From: Parachlamydiales bacterium
Lineage (GTDB): Bacteria > Chlamydiota > Chlamydiia > Chlamydiales > JAJFMK01
DNA length: 64,000 nucleotides
Direction: 5' to 3'
Assembly: GCA_963765145.1 (NCBI GenBank)
Contig: CAVXVG010000027.1
Span: 160,001 to 224,000 of the forward strand
Below, one piece after another: positions 1 to 10,186 of the stretch (the first letter of the stretch is position 1; the number at the start of each line of letters is the position of its first letter). Both the position numbers and the translations under genes were made by a program. Under the pieces are notes generated by a model that saw nothing but the letters and a program-made list of their open reading frames with translations, made no database searches and had not been told where the DNA came from.

Positions 1-369
1 CGCTTTGGCAGCTAGCATCGAAACTCTTTCCAGGGCGATGTGTGCTCCTCCTAATTCTCCAATCGAGTCATCTCCATAACCGTCCAAAATGCGGTCATAA
101 AAACTTTGTGCTCTTTGGATGGCTAGAGTTTGATCTTGGGGAGATTCGTTCATGTCAGACCCCATGATCTGATCAAAATGGGATTCATTCGAATCAGTGA
201 TGAATTCCTTCAGCAAAAGAGCGCGAAGGCCTAATCTTGAACGGGAATATTTGGAGAACAGGGCTCCTTTGATCACCTCCGGTAAATTTTTGAGGACAAA
301 GACATTTCCTTCAGTATTCGTAACAAATCGGGATAACCTTTTTTGCTCTTGCTCTGTGAACTCGCCCAT
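1..369 (-). CDS. thyX: FAD-dependent thymidylate synthase, chlamydial type (5' part; runs off window start; not in ORF track)
   Basis: Manual translation: [44 protein letters not shown]...[33 protein letters not shown], matching the chlamydial ThyX N-terminus as I recall it. GGAGA RBS upstream of the ATG at 369. Confidence 0.88.
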   Translation of the reverse strand, partial: MGEFTEQEQKRLSRFVTNTEGNVFVLKNLPEVIKGALFSKYSRSRLGLRALLLKEFITDSNESHFDQIMGSDMNESPQDQTLAIQRAQSFYDRILDGYGDDSIGELGGAHIALERVSMLAAKA

Positions 370-486
370 ATCAATGTCTCCTGTTCTAGAAAGATACCAT
401 CTACTGATAACACGGACTGCCACTTTCCCTCTAATATTTCGTCAAAAATAAATGAAAAATTTATCTTTGTGTGCTAAAATCTTTGT

Positions 487-1041
487 ATGTCTGCAACTCA
501 ATCAGAAATTATCTATGGTTACGGTTCAAATCTTAGTAGCGAGTTATTAAGAGCCCGTCTTAATGATGGGGAATGGCATGATACCGAATGGCGCAAAACA
601 GGCGATCCCGTTGGCCCAGATCCTCTATTCCTTGGAATAGGGGTATTAGCAGGCTATCAATTCAAATATAATTTAAACGATGGCGAATTTACATCAGGAA
701 ATATTGTAGCTAATTACAATGACCATGTGTATGGCGCCATCTACAAAATCACACCCGAACAGTTAGCTCTTTTAGATCGAGATGAAGATGAAGGGACTTG
801 TTACACAAGAACAGCCCTAAAAGTTCAGAAAATAGCTTTTGGCGCCCTTGGAGCGTCTGCCAACAATGAGGCGGTCACGGCTTGGTGTTATGTGGGCAAA
901 GAAGGGGCTCAGGTTTCTGATGACCAGATCAACCCTGATCCCGAATATGTCGACCACCTTATCCAATATGCAAAAGAGCGCTCTCTGCCATCTGCCTACA
1001 TCGATCAGCGCTTCCGCTACACTGCCCCCCTTTTAGTTTAG
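487..1041 (+). CDS. Gamma-glutamylcyclotransferase (AIG2-like) family protein
   Basis: YGYGSNL N-terminal motif, VYGAIY...LD..E, and P..EY..HL at the C-terminus. Confidence 0.8.
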   Translation: MSATQSEIIYGYGSNLSSELLRARLNDGEWHDTEWRKTGDPVGPDPLFLGIGVLAGYQFKYNLNDGEFTSGNIVANYNDHVYGAIYKITPEQLALLDRDEDEGTCYTRTALKVQKIAFGALGASANNEAVTAWCYVGKEGAQVSDDQINPDPEYVDHLIQYAKERSLPSAYIDQRFRYTAPLLV

Positions 1042-1054
1042 AATTTTTTTATTT

Positions 1055-1111
1055 CGCAAAGCGTTTGGAGTGCTAAACAGGAGTTTAGCACTCCAAACGC
1101 TTCGCGGACTA
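1055..1111. repeat. Palindromic REP-like element, family A (minimal form)
   Basis: GCGTTTGGAGTGCTAAAC-AGGA-GTTTAGCACTCCAAACGC between convergent genes; its end GGACTAG overlaps the SNF2 stop codon. Confidence 0.9.
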
Positions 1112-4100
1112 GCCTTGTAACAAAGAGAGGAGGTCGGAGCGGGAAAGGGGGAGGATGCCGCCGGGGAATAGGCCTTGCCGCAGGGCACCTTTCTCTAGAA
1201 GGATCTGGTCGATTCGTTCTTCAATTGTATTCAGTGTCAGAAGCTTGAAAACTTGAACGCCGCGGGTTTGGCCGAGCCGGTGGACCCGGTCGGTCGCCTG
1301 GTCTTCTTTGGCCGGGTTCCACCACCGGTCGTAATGGATGACGACAGAAGCTTGGGTCAGATCGATACCAAGGCCGCCGGCTTTTAGGGACGCTAGAAAA
1401 ACGCGGCAATCATCGTCGTTAAATTTTTTAACAGCCGCTTCTCGGTCTGGGGTTGACCCTTTCAATAGGCTATAGCCTACTTTTTTATGCTCCAAATCAC
1501 GAGAAAGAAAATCGAGCATGAGAAGCGATTGGGTGAAGACCACCACTTTTTGGCCAGAGGCTAAGGCCTCTTCCAACAACTCTTGATACAGATTCCATTT
1601 GCCAGAAGAGAGCGTTGAAAAAAGATCGGGCCGTTTTAAGTAGAGGGCTGGATGGTCTGCCACCTCTTTCAATTTTTGCAGGAGGGCAAAAATGTGCATT
1701 GGCGCCGGCATTTTTCCTTCATGCAGCTCTGTTAAGAGGGGTTGTTTTCCTTCATCCAAAACTGTTTGGTAAAGCTCTGTTTGTTCTCCGGTCATCTCGC
1801 AGTGAGCGATCTCTTCAATTTTTTCGGGCAGCTCTTGCAGCACCTCTCTCTTGGTGCGCCTTAAAATGAAAGGGGCAGTGATGCGGTTTAGCAGTTGTTT
1901 CGACTTGCCAATTCCCCTCTCGCTCGATCGGGTAGATAAACTCTTGTCTTGAACCGATTTTCGCTTGGGAAGTAGTCTGGAAGGAGGAGGTCAAAGAGGG
2001 CTTTTAATTCTCTTAGTCGGTTTTCAATCGGTGTGCCGGAAAGGCCGAGCAGCATCCCCCCTTTCAATTGAATAAGCGATTCCCAAAGACGGCTCATGTG
2101 ATTTTTTGCCATCTGCATTTCATCGAAAATAATCAGGTCGAACGGGATCTTTTTCAGTTTGTTTAAATCCCTTTTCAAAACACCGTAAGAGGTGATCAAT
2201 AGAGGAATTTGTCTTTTTCTAACGCTATCTAGTTCTCGTTTTGCTCCATGATAAAGAGTAAATGCCGCATCCGGCAAAAAGGCCTGTAGCTTGTCCTTCC
2301 AATGAAAAAGAACCGATGTAGGGCTCACAATCAGACAACGGAGCTTTTTTTTCTTCTTTTTCAAGGCCGCAATGAGGGCTATGGCCTGCAAGGTTTTACC
2401 AAGGCCCATGTCGTCGGCTAAAAGGCCGGAGAAACCCCTTTCATATAATCCATATAGCCATTTTACCCCCTCCTCTTGGTAGGGTCGTAAGGTAGCCAAA
2501 AAACCTTCAAGCGGTGGAAGCTTCCCTGTTTTAAGAGAAAGGAGCTTTTCTAAAAGTTTTTTTCCTTTCTCATCTAATCGATCATCAATAGGGGTGATCA
2601 GAAGAAACAGTTTTAACCATCTCCAAGGAGCCATTTCAGGTTCGATATCATGAATCTATTCAAGTTCAAGCTGATGCCTATCGATCAACCCGGCTTCCGT
2701 TAAAAAGAACCGCTCTCTTCTTCCCTTCAGGGTGAACGGGTCGATTTCTCCCTCTTTTCCTTGAAGGATGAGGCCGCAACGGATTCTTCCTCCAGCCACC
2801 TTTCGAAATTGGGTGAGCAAAAGATCGGGTTCTTTTAAAAGCACTAATTCTTTGGAGCATTCTGTGACATAGGGATAAAGGCGGGGATAAAGATCGCGAA
2901 AGAAGGCGTCAAAATCTCTTTTGCGAATACTTTTGGGTTCCAAAAAGTCCAAAGGGAACCGTGGATCTATCATCAGAGGAAAAAACCCCAATTTTTCGGC
3001 ATAGAGATACGGTCCAAACGATTGGATATCCTGAATAGGGGTTCTTAAAACCAAGTGAGGAGTTATTTCTATCGCATCATTTTGCAAGACCACTTTTAGC
3101 CCAAAGCGATTGATAGGATTAACAGTCGCAAAAAACCCGGGGATATTGATCAGAAGATCGTGGTTATCTCTAACAAAATTGGCCACTTCGCCTTGTTTGA
3201 CCACACGTCCATCGAAAGGGTGGTTTTTTCCCTGGGGCCCCTCTCGTGGAAAAAATCCTGTGTGTTCAAAGTAGAGCCAACTTCCACAGTCGATCCATCC
3301 TTCGTCTACTTCTGTGTTCCTTGCCTGAAAAGTAAGATCTCCGCTCTTTGTCAGCTGATAAGAAAGGAGGTTTTGAGACCGGAGGAGATGAGTTTCAAAA
3401 CCTGGCTGCCTGTTGAGCCATATCTTATTTTTCTCTACAAAATCGCCAATTTCACTTCGGGGTATTGAAAGTTTGGCCGATAGAAATTGAGGCTCCCAAA
3501 GAGGAATAAACCCCCTTTTTTGGTGATAGGCCCACCTACCGTGTAGATAGACATCGCCCTTTTCTTCTAAAAAAGCTTCGATTTCAAGCGATTCCTTTCC
3601 TTTCCATTCTAAGCTATACTGTAAGGGGGCTTTTTCCCTTTCAAAAGGAAGATAAAGTTCTCCTAAAGATCCTTCTCGAAGCTTTTGATCTAATAAAAAG
3701 GAGAGCTCTAAGCCTGTCCACTCTTTTTGCCCTTCTTTTAAAATATGGGATACTGGGTCGTAAGAATAAAGGGGGATAAAAGCTGCCCTCCTCTGAATGG
3801 GAATCACCCCTTCCATCTGGGCTAGAGTAAGGGGATCTAACCCCTCCTCCTCCTTCAAGAAACACCATTTCATTAAATCGGATAACGGGGACAGTTCGTA
3901 CTGCAAAAGAGATGGGGGCCTTCCTTGGCGCCATAGATTTAATTCCTCCTCCGACAGATTTGAGAACTTAATCGAAGTTTCTTCCGTCCCCACACTGCTT
4001 GCAAATAGCTCTTCCAATTCTTCTCGAACCGATTTGTCAATCGGAGTGATCGTCAGAATGGGGTTTTCTTCTCGATTATAAAAAACAAAAGAACCCTCTT

Positions 4101-4470
4101 TTTCTTCCATCTCATGGGGAGCGCCTTCCATTTCTGCCCAATAGCGGATGCCTAACTCATGCCAGGGGCTTTTGGCATATCGAACGTGAAGAGGGACGGG
4201 GGTATGGTTGTAGATCCGCAAGATAGAGGCAGCAAGGTGCCAGCAAGGCCCTGCAGCTTCGCACGTGCAAAAAGCATCTTCATTTCCCTCGTCTTCTGAA
4301 AATTGAAGGAAGGTCCAGCAAGGCTCAGAAACTGCAGGATCGAGTACTTTAAACTGGTAGGTGGCATGGGAAAAAGCCAAGGGGATGACCAACCCTTGTT
4401 TTAATGCAGATTCTGCCTCCTTTTTAAAAGGAGCGTAGGGAGTAGCATTCAAGGGGTTATAAAAGGTCAT
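1109..4470 (-). pseudogene. SNF2/SWI2 family helicase with N-terminal SWIM Zn finger; disrupted (pseudogene or assembly errors)
   Basis: SWIM-like CTC...CWH; LRPYQ, LADDMGLGKT, DEMQ, LSGTPIEN, FILRRTK, SLKAGGLGIDL, QATDRVHRLGQ. In-frame TAG at 2656-2658 and two +1 frame changes near 1950 and 1915. Confidence 0.85.
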
Positions 4471-4500
4471 AAGTCCACCCCTCAGCTTATCAAGTTTTAA

Positions 4501-4532
4501 TTTCCCTCACAAGTACTTGGTTGTGAGGGAAA
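4501..4532. terminator. Hairpin downstream of the ankyrin gene, possible terminator
   Basis: TTTCCCTCACAA-N8-TTGTGAGGGAAA; U-tract is weak. Confidence 0.35.
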
Positions 4533-4558
4533 TAAAATAAGGCAGCCTGAGAGGGGTG

Positions 4559-5665
4559 TTAACTTTGCTGTTGTTTGGAACCTTTTTTCAGGTAGTTAAC
4601 AATTGCTTTTCGTTTTTTGATTTCATCAGATGTTAGAGATTCATCGTCCTTGGCTTTATCTTTTGCATAGCTCAAAGCATCCTTACCATCAGAAACATTC
4701 CTCAAGTCGGCTCCTGCATCTACTAAAACTTTTACGTTCTCTTCTCTTGCTAATGTAATAGCAACGCCAAGCGGACTTACTTTAGTTGTGTGACTTATAT
4801 GATTTAACACCGTTTTGTTAGGGGATTTTTCTAATAGAAGAAGCAGCATGAGCTTATGAACGCTGGCTGCGGCTTTGTGCAAGACATTTTCTCCAAAGCG
4901 ATCTTGTTTTTCAAATATGTTTGGATTTTCACCAACTATCTGCTGAACTAATAGAGATAAGCCATTTCGAATGGCCACATCCATTAAGAGTAGGTGGAAT
5001 GCATCGTCTACCTTAGCCTCAACGCTGCTAAGGAATATTTCTCGAGCTATCCAATCTTTTCTGCTTTTGGCAGCATAAAAAATTGGCAAGCCTCCATTTG
5101 AATCAGGCTCGTGCAATTTAGCACCCTTGCCTTGTAATAGTTTGACTATATCAATATCCCCAAAGTGTGCTGCTGCACTTAGAGGAGTTGCATTATGATA
5201 AACTCTAGCTAGTCCATTAGAGGACTCGTCCATACGATCATTTAAACTATTTTCCTGATTTGGGTTTGCATGATGGTTCAAAAGAAGCTTAACGATTGCC
5301 TTGTTCCCATTCAGGCAGGCTTGAAAGAGAGGTGTTAGTCCATTTAAGCGAGCATCTGGGGAGATTTTCTGCTGAAGCAACGCTTCCGTCGTGAGGGGTT
5401 TTCCAATTTCGATTGCCTTGTGGAAAAGTCGCTCGAGAGTAAAATAATCTTTTGTTTCTTTGGGTTCTATTTTAGGATTAAATGACTTAAAGATAGCCTT
5501 TCCAAGCTCTTCAACTTCTTTTTTTAGCTGTAAAATGAGCGGATTTTCAGTGTCGGTAGAGGCAGCATCCGCTCCCTGCACAACATAAAAACCTTGAGAA
5601 AGTTCTAGGTTGGGTCGGATGGTGATCGTGGTGGGTAATGAGGAGGTGCGAAGTGTCGTAGACAT
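4559..5665 (-). CDS. Ankyrin-repeat protein, candidate secreted effector
   Basis: GLTPLFQAC..GNKAIVKLLL..ANPN, TPLSAAA..G...IVKLL, GENVLHKAA, SPLGVA. Ser/Thr-rich N-terminus; ATG at 5665 preferred over TTG at 5719. Confidence 0.85.
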   Translation of the reverse strand: MSTTLRTSSLPTTITIRPNLELSQGFYVVQGADAASTDTENPLILQLKKEVEELGKAIFKSFNPKIEPKETKDYFTLERLFHKAIEIGKPLTTEALLQQKISPDARLNGLTPLFQACLNGNKAIVKLLLNHHANPNQENSLNDRMDESSNGLARVYHNATPLSAAAHFGDIDIVKLLQGKGAKLHEPDSNGGLPIFYAAKSRKDWIAREIFLSSVEAKVDDAFHLLLMDVAIRNGLSLLVQQIVGENPNIFEKQDRFGENVLHKAAASVHKLMLLLLLEKSPNKTVLNHISHTTKVSPLGVAITLAREENVKVLVDAGADLRNVSDGKDALSYAKDKAKDDESLTSDEIKKRKAIVNYLKKGSKQQQS

Positions 5666-5764
5666 AATTGTCCCTAAATGGTTCCGTTTTAATCTAAACA
5701 ATTGATAATTAAGCCGCAACGAAGACGAAAGAAAAGCATTCTAATGCAGAGAGCCTTTTTTTTA

Positions 5765-5991
5765 CGCGCAGCGTTTGGAGTTCTAAACGGTCTTGTTGCA
5801 TAATCAAATAGAATTCGCATACACATTGTAGCTTAGGCTTTAGCCTGAGCTCGTTTTGCAGGACTTTAGTCCTGCTAGAATCTTGCGGGTTAAAACCCGC
5901 AAAAACGAACTCAGGCTAAAGCCTAAGCTACATTTCTCATGATGGCGATTAATTATGCAACAAGACCGTTTAGCGCTCCAAACGCGTTGCG
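5765..5991. repeat. Nested palindrome: family A arms > L arms (TTGTTGCATAAT) > family B REPIN-like doublet (5827-5932)
   Basis: Outer GCGTTTGGAG...CTCCAAACGC; inner TGTAGCTTAGGCTTTAGCCTGAG...CTCAGGCTAAAGCCTAAGCTACA; innermost hairpins CAGGACTTTAGTCCTG and GCGGGTTAAAACCCGC. Confidence 0.92.
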
Positions 5992-6004
5992 AAAGAAGAA
6001 TGTG

Positions 6005-6793
6005 TTAGGGTGAGGCGCGGTTTCTGAGGTGCTTTAAGAGCTGGTCGCGGGGCTTTGTGCCATCGTGGCTGCTTAGGCCTTTCTCCAGCATTTCTTCGTC
6101 TGAAAGGAGCAACAAATACAGCCCACTGTGCTCGGGAGAAAGCTGCTCTTTTACTTCCTGTTTCTTTCGGTCAAAGGCACGCTCATGGATGAACAGCCTG
6201 ATGACAAAATAAAAGAAGGTCAACAGAGGGATGACCCAAAGATAAGGGATAAACGTGCCAAAAAGAGGCAAAATTAAGGTGATGAGAAAAAAATTCATCT
6301 CTTTGGGCTGGCGAAAAAGGGGCCCCCACATTTTGCGGAAGGGAGAGGTGGAAGTTTGATAGGCTAACATCTCTTCAAAAAGAGGCTCTGAATAGGCCAT
6401 CCGCGCCACATGAACAAGCTCGTGGCCGACAAGCTCGCTGACCGGATAATATCCTAGCAGCTTTTGTTTGCCCCGAAGCCCTTTCCGTAGTTGTAGAAAA
6501 GCCTCTTGCGGAGAGTCTTTTGTCTCCTGAAAGATCCAGGCAGCTGCCCCTTCGAAGAAAGAAAGCTTTTTGTTGCTAAAGACAACGGGAACCCAATCGA
6601 TCGAAAACCCAAAAAGCCCTTGAGTAATAGCAGAGCCCTCTTTCAAGAGATTGGCTCGCTCTTCTACTTTTTCAAAGTGTTCGGGTGTCTTTTTCCCCTG
6701 CTCAATTCTAGCTAAAAACTGCTCTTCAGTTTCCCAAGGAGCTGGAAGCCAACCCGATTTAGCCAGCTGATAAATTTGTTCAGGATTCATCAT
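6005..6793 (-). CDS. Hypothetical membrane protein with HExxH motif
   Basis: GHELVHVAR...EE motif and two C-terminal hydrophobic helices; overlaps the stop of the upstream ORF. Confidence 0.65.
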   Translation of the reverse strand: MMNPEQIYQLAKSGWLPAPWETEEQFLARIEQGKKTPEHFEKVEERANLLKEGSAITQGLFGFSIDWVPVVFSNKKLSFFEGAAAWIFQETKDSPQEAFLQLRKGLRGKQKLLGYYPVSELVGHELVHVARMAYSEPLFEEMLAYQTSTSPFRKMWGPLFRQPKEMNFFLITLILPLFGTFIPYLWVIPLLTFFYFVIRLFIHERAFDRKKQEVKEQLSPEHSGLYLLLLSDEEMLEKGLSSHDGTKPRDQLLKHLRNRASP

Positions 6794-6999
6794 GGTTCAG
6801 TATAGGGTCCAGTTGTCTTTGCTGCTTCTTGCAAAGCTCGCCAATGTCCACGGTCAAGCCACCCTGTGCTCCCATCCCAATAATGGACCCAGATAAACAA
6901 TCCAATGATCGGGAGGATGATGTAGGTCAGTATCAACCAGCGGGGGATCTTAGTGTCGTAGGAGGCCGGAACATCCTTTAATTCATCATTCATCATCAT
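6790..6999 (-). CDS. Stand-alone CcoP/FixP N-terminal-like membrane peptide (no heme motif)
   Basis: YDTKIPRWLILTYIIL...VHYW resembles the CcoP N-terminal D-N-P-L-P-x-W segment; lies downstream of ccoNO. Confidence 0.65.
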   Translation of the reverse strand: MMMNDELKDVPASYDTKIPRWLILTYIILPIIGLFIWVHYWDGSTGWLDRGHWRALQEAAKTTGPYTEP

Positions 7000-7141
7000 G
7001 CATTCGCTCTTCCATAAAAACTATGTTGCTTGGCTCTTCAGACCAATCCAATTTTTTTCTCCACCATGTGAAAAGAAAGGTAATCAGGGCGCCGGCTGAA
7101 AGTAGAATAAGAAGTCCATAGTGGATCCATTGCCCTTTCAT
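6986..7141 (-). CDS. 51-aa single-TM peptide, CcoQ/CcoS-like (not in ORF track)
   Basis: MKGQWIHYGLLILLSAGALITFLFTWWRKKLDWSEEPSNIVFMEERMHDDE; ATGA overlap with the ccoO stop; fills the gap between its neighbours. Confidence 0.7.
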   Translation of the reverse strand: MKGQWIHYGLLILLSAGALITFLFTWWRKKLDWSEEPSNIVFMEERMHDDE

Positions 7142-8376
7142 TTAGCGTGCCCATCGATGATCTCTTTGGTGTTCACAGGATCTTGCCCTAGCCACCACGC
7201 TTTTGAAGGCGATGTCAACCGTGTCCCTTTGGTCATCATATATTGATAGATGGCCTCAAATTGGAGGTTAGGAACACCCATTTTAGCTCCCGGAGTGCCT
7301 CTTGGATCGTCATCAAAGAAATGTTGAAACGATGGCATGATGCTGCCAGGACTTGCTGTTTTTGGAGCCCAGAAGTGGGCTTTATGCCAATCACGGCTTG
7401 GTCTCTTAACCCCGGTCCTTGAAAGATCGGGCCCAATCCTTCTTGTGCCCGGAAAAGTGACATCTTGGTAGATATATTCGCTGGCTGTCGAAGGTGGGGC
7501 CGGGTAGGCATCAGAGCCGTTTAAAACCACGTCTTGAACCAAGGTACGGGTCTGATCGGTGTGGCAATACCAACATCCCTCAATTGCATAGATCCGTTCG
7601 CCTTTCGAAATAAGCTCTTGGCGTGACCAAAAACCCATTTTCTTGAGCTCATCTAATGAAGCAATCGGTTTGCCTTTTTGAGAATAGAGATACCCTTTTC
7701 CTGTTGGAACTTCAATTTCTCTGACGCGGTATTCGACCGGGTTTTTGATGAACAAATGTCCCTTATCTTTGCTTTCCATGTCGACAAGGACAAAATTGCT
7801 TTCAGCAAAGTCTTCTAAAGCTCCTTCAGTGGCAGATGTAGAAAATCCTTCTTTCAAGCCAGAGTCATAAAGCTCCATCACCTGAAAAATCGGCAATGTC
7901 ATTCCCTTTTCTTTCCAGTTGGGCTTCTCTTCAGTAAAAGCTCTTTTTAGCTCTGCTTGCAGTCTTTCGACTTCATCCTTAAATGAAGGTGAAGGCTGGC
8001 GAAGAAAAAGAATTTTATTGGTCAGATGAATCGGCCCATTTTCTTTGCTGATATGTTTTTTCAACGGCTCCGGCGCTACGATCCGAGAATGTTCTCCTTC
8101 GATAAAGGCAGATAACGTTTTGCCTGCTTCCATATGGGCCACAAACTGCAGGTCATAATTGCCCGTTACACTGTTGGAAATAAAGACACGCGGGTCTCCC
8201 AGCTCGTAAAGTTGCTTTTGATAGTGGGAGGTGTTTTCTGACCAGGTTGGGTCTACAAGAGGCGGTACAACCACAGTGATCGCAATGGCGCAACAAAAGA
8301 AAAGGAAAATACCAATGAATGTCCCCCAAAACGACTGTTCTACTTTGTGTCCAAGGTCTTGTCTGAATTGCTTCAT
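7138..8376 (-). CDS. ccoO: cbb3-type cytochrome c oxidase subunit II (elongated)
   Basis: N-terminal TM helix; GERIYAIEGCWYCHTDQTR, GTRRIGPDLSR, WHKAHFWAP...PGSIMP. Confidence 0.9.
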   Translation of the reverse strand: MKQFRQDLGHKVEQSFWGTFIGIFLFFCCAIAITVVVPPLVDPTWSENTSHYQKQLYELGDPRVFISNSVTGNYDLQFVAHMEAGKTLSAFIEGEHSRIVAPEPLKKHISKENGPIHLTNKILFLRQPSPSFKDEVERLQAELKRAFTEEKPNWKEKGMTLPIFQVMELYDSGLKEGFSTSATEGALEDFAESNFVLVDMESKDKGHLFIKNPVEYRVREIEVPTGKGYLYSQKGKPIASLDELKKMGFWSRQELISKGERIYAIEGCWYCHTDQTRTLVQDVVLNGSDAYPAPPSTASEYIYQDVTFPGTRRIGPDLSRTGVKRPSRDWHKAHFWAPKTASPGSIMPSFQHFFDDDPRGTPGAKMGVPNLQFEAIYQYMMTKGTRLTSPSKAWWLGQDPVNTKEIIDGHAK

Positions 8377-9809
8377 GCTGGCTCCTTCAGAACGGCAGTT
8401 TCTTCTCTTGGAGGTAATATGATCGTGTTAAACATATTGAAGACGAAGATGAAGTTAGCAAAAACTACAATGGCGCCCCCCAACGTTCTCAGCAACCACC
8501 AAGGCTGCATGTGGGCGACCGTTTCAATGAAGGGAACAACGCTGATGTTTTGTAAGTATTCGGCATAGGTTTTTCCGTTGGCCCAGTTGGCCCATTCCAA
8601 TCCTTGAAGAAAACCCCCAATCCACAAAGGAAGGATGAAGAATAGGGAACCAAAGAGGTTCAGCGTAAAATGCCAATCGGCCAGTTCAGGCGACCATAAC
8701 GGTTTTTTTACGATACGAGGGATCACATAATAGACGCCTGCAATCGCAAAAAAAGTAAAGGTTCCAAACAAACTGATGTGAGAGTGGCCAATGACCCAGT
8801 CGGTCTTTGAGGTGATCTCGTTGATATTTCTTAAGGCCATTAAAGGGCCTTGAACGCAAGTAAGAAGATAAAAGACATTCCCCATCATGATGAAACGGAT
8901 GCCGGGGCTTTCTAAATACTTTTTCCAATTTCCTCTCAACGTGCCAAAAAGATTTGTCACAACAGACCACACAGGGATAAATAGCCAGAGTGAAAAGACG
9001 ATGGCGGTGGTTTGCAGCCATTGAGAAACAGGACCATGGATGATGTGGTGGGCTCCAATCCAGGCGTAGGTAAAGGCAATTGACCAAAACCCGACCATCG
9101 ATAGGCGGTGGCTATAGATCGGGGTATTGGCAAATTTCGGCAAAAAATAATAGGCAATGGCAAGGCCCATCGGAGTAAAAATCAGGCCAACGAGGTTATG
9201 TACGTAGAAAAAACTGGCATTAACCCGCGAGATTCCTCCCTCGATCTGATAGATATAAAACCATCCGATGTAGACAGTGATGGTGGTCCAAATAATGGCC
9301 CCTAGCGAATACCAAAGGGAGACATACATCTTTTCGTAAACGCGTCCCGCAATCGTAACAAGCATTGTTGCTGCCATCATCAGCCAGCCGGCCAAGAAGA
9401 TCACTTTAACCGGAACAAAAGCAACGAACATTGGTAGCTCGGCATATTCCCAACCCCAGTTTGTTCCAAAGGGATAGGACAAATTTCCAAAAATGAGGCT
9501 AAACCACCAAATCGAGATCCCCACTTTTGCCAATGTAGGATTCCAAAGAGAGCGGCCGCAGAGCCTTGGGACTAAATAAAAAAGGAGTCCAACATCTGCT
9601 GACAAAAGCCACAATAAGAGCACAGAGCCAACATGGACAGGCCTAACTCTTCCAAAATGGATATATTCTCCCGAAAAATAATCGGGCATTAAAAACCCGT
9701 TGATCGAGATAAACAGCCCAACCAACATGCCAAAAATGAGAAAGCAGAGGGCTGGATAAATCAACCACTTTACGGGCTCGTCGTTATAAATTACTTTACT
9801 AGTTTCCAT
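8373..9809 (-). CDS. ccoN: cbb3-type cytochrome c oxidase subunit I
   Basis: FGRVRPVH, YVHNLVG, GAHH, WVIGHSH ligand motifs and many TM helices. The ORF-track start (9899) lies in a repeat; ATG at 9809 (or 9824) is preferred. Confidence 0.93.
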   Translation of the reverse strand: METSKVIYNDEPVKWLIYPALCFLIFGMLVGLFISINGFLMPDYFSGEYIHFGRVRPVHVGSVLLLWLLSADVGLLFYLVPRLCGRSLWNPTLAKVGISIWWFSLIFGNLSYPFGTNWGWEYAELPMFVAFVPVKVIFLAGWLMMAATMLVTIAGRVYEKMYVSLWYSLGAIIWTTITVYIGWFYIYQIEGGISRVNASFFYVHNLVGLIFTPMGLAIAYYFLPKFANTPIYSHRLSMVGFWSIAFTYAWIGAHHIIHGPVSQWLQTTAIVFSLWLFIPVWSVVTNLFGTLRGNWKKYLESPGIRFIMMGNVFYLLTCVQGPLMALRNINEITSKTDWVIGHSHISLFGTFTFFAIAGVYYVIPRIVKKPLWSPELADWHFTLNLFGSLFFILPLWIGGFLQGLEWANWANGKTYAEYLQNISVVPFIETVAHMQPWWLLRTLGGAIVVFANFIFVFNMFNTIILPPREETAVLKEPA

Positions 9810-9856
9810 TTCCGATCTCACCATCTTTACTGCAACTGCTTTTCGTTTCTCAAATA

Positions 9857-10186
9857 AAACCACAGAGTCACTGAGATCACTGAGGAAATATGTGAGCACT
9901 GAGAGTCACTTTTTTGGTAACAATTCAGTCTTCTTTTATGCAGTAACCGGGAATAAGTATCATTTTTCTCTGCGTCTCTCCGTCTCTGCGTCTCTGCGTT
10001 TAGAAATTTAACTATCTTTTGCCCACAAAAAACGCCTTGGCAAAAGCCAGCTAAATTTTTAAACGCAGAGACGCAGAGGTGCAGAGACGCAGAGAAAAGG
10101 CGAAGCCCGAATTGAACTTTTTTAACCAAAAGAGTGGCTCTCAGTGCTCTCATATTTTCTCAGTGATCTCAGTGGCTCTGTGGTTT
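9857..10186. repeat. Nested palindrome family C with inner (ACGCAGAG)n arms (9963-10098)
   Basis: AAACCACAGAGTCACTGAGATCACTGAG...CTCAGTGATCTCAGTGGCTCTGTGGTTT; supplies the last codons and stop of the heptaheme gene. Confidence 0.92.

Noticed and set aside
2656..2658. TAG recoding or readthrough in SNF2
   Set aside because: TAG terminates other genes here normally (e.g. dusB, polA, umuD), and nearby frameshifts indicate damage or error.
5765..5991. Possible CRISPR array or structured ncRNA/tRNA among the repeats
   Set aside because: Arms are inverted and dispersed, not direct repeats with unique spacers; no cas genes; no cloverleaf or recognisable RNA family motif.
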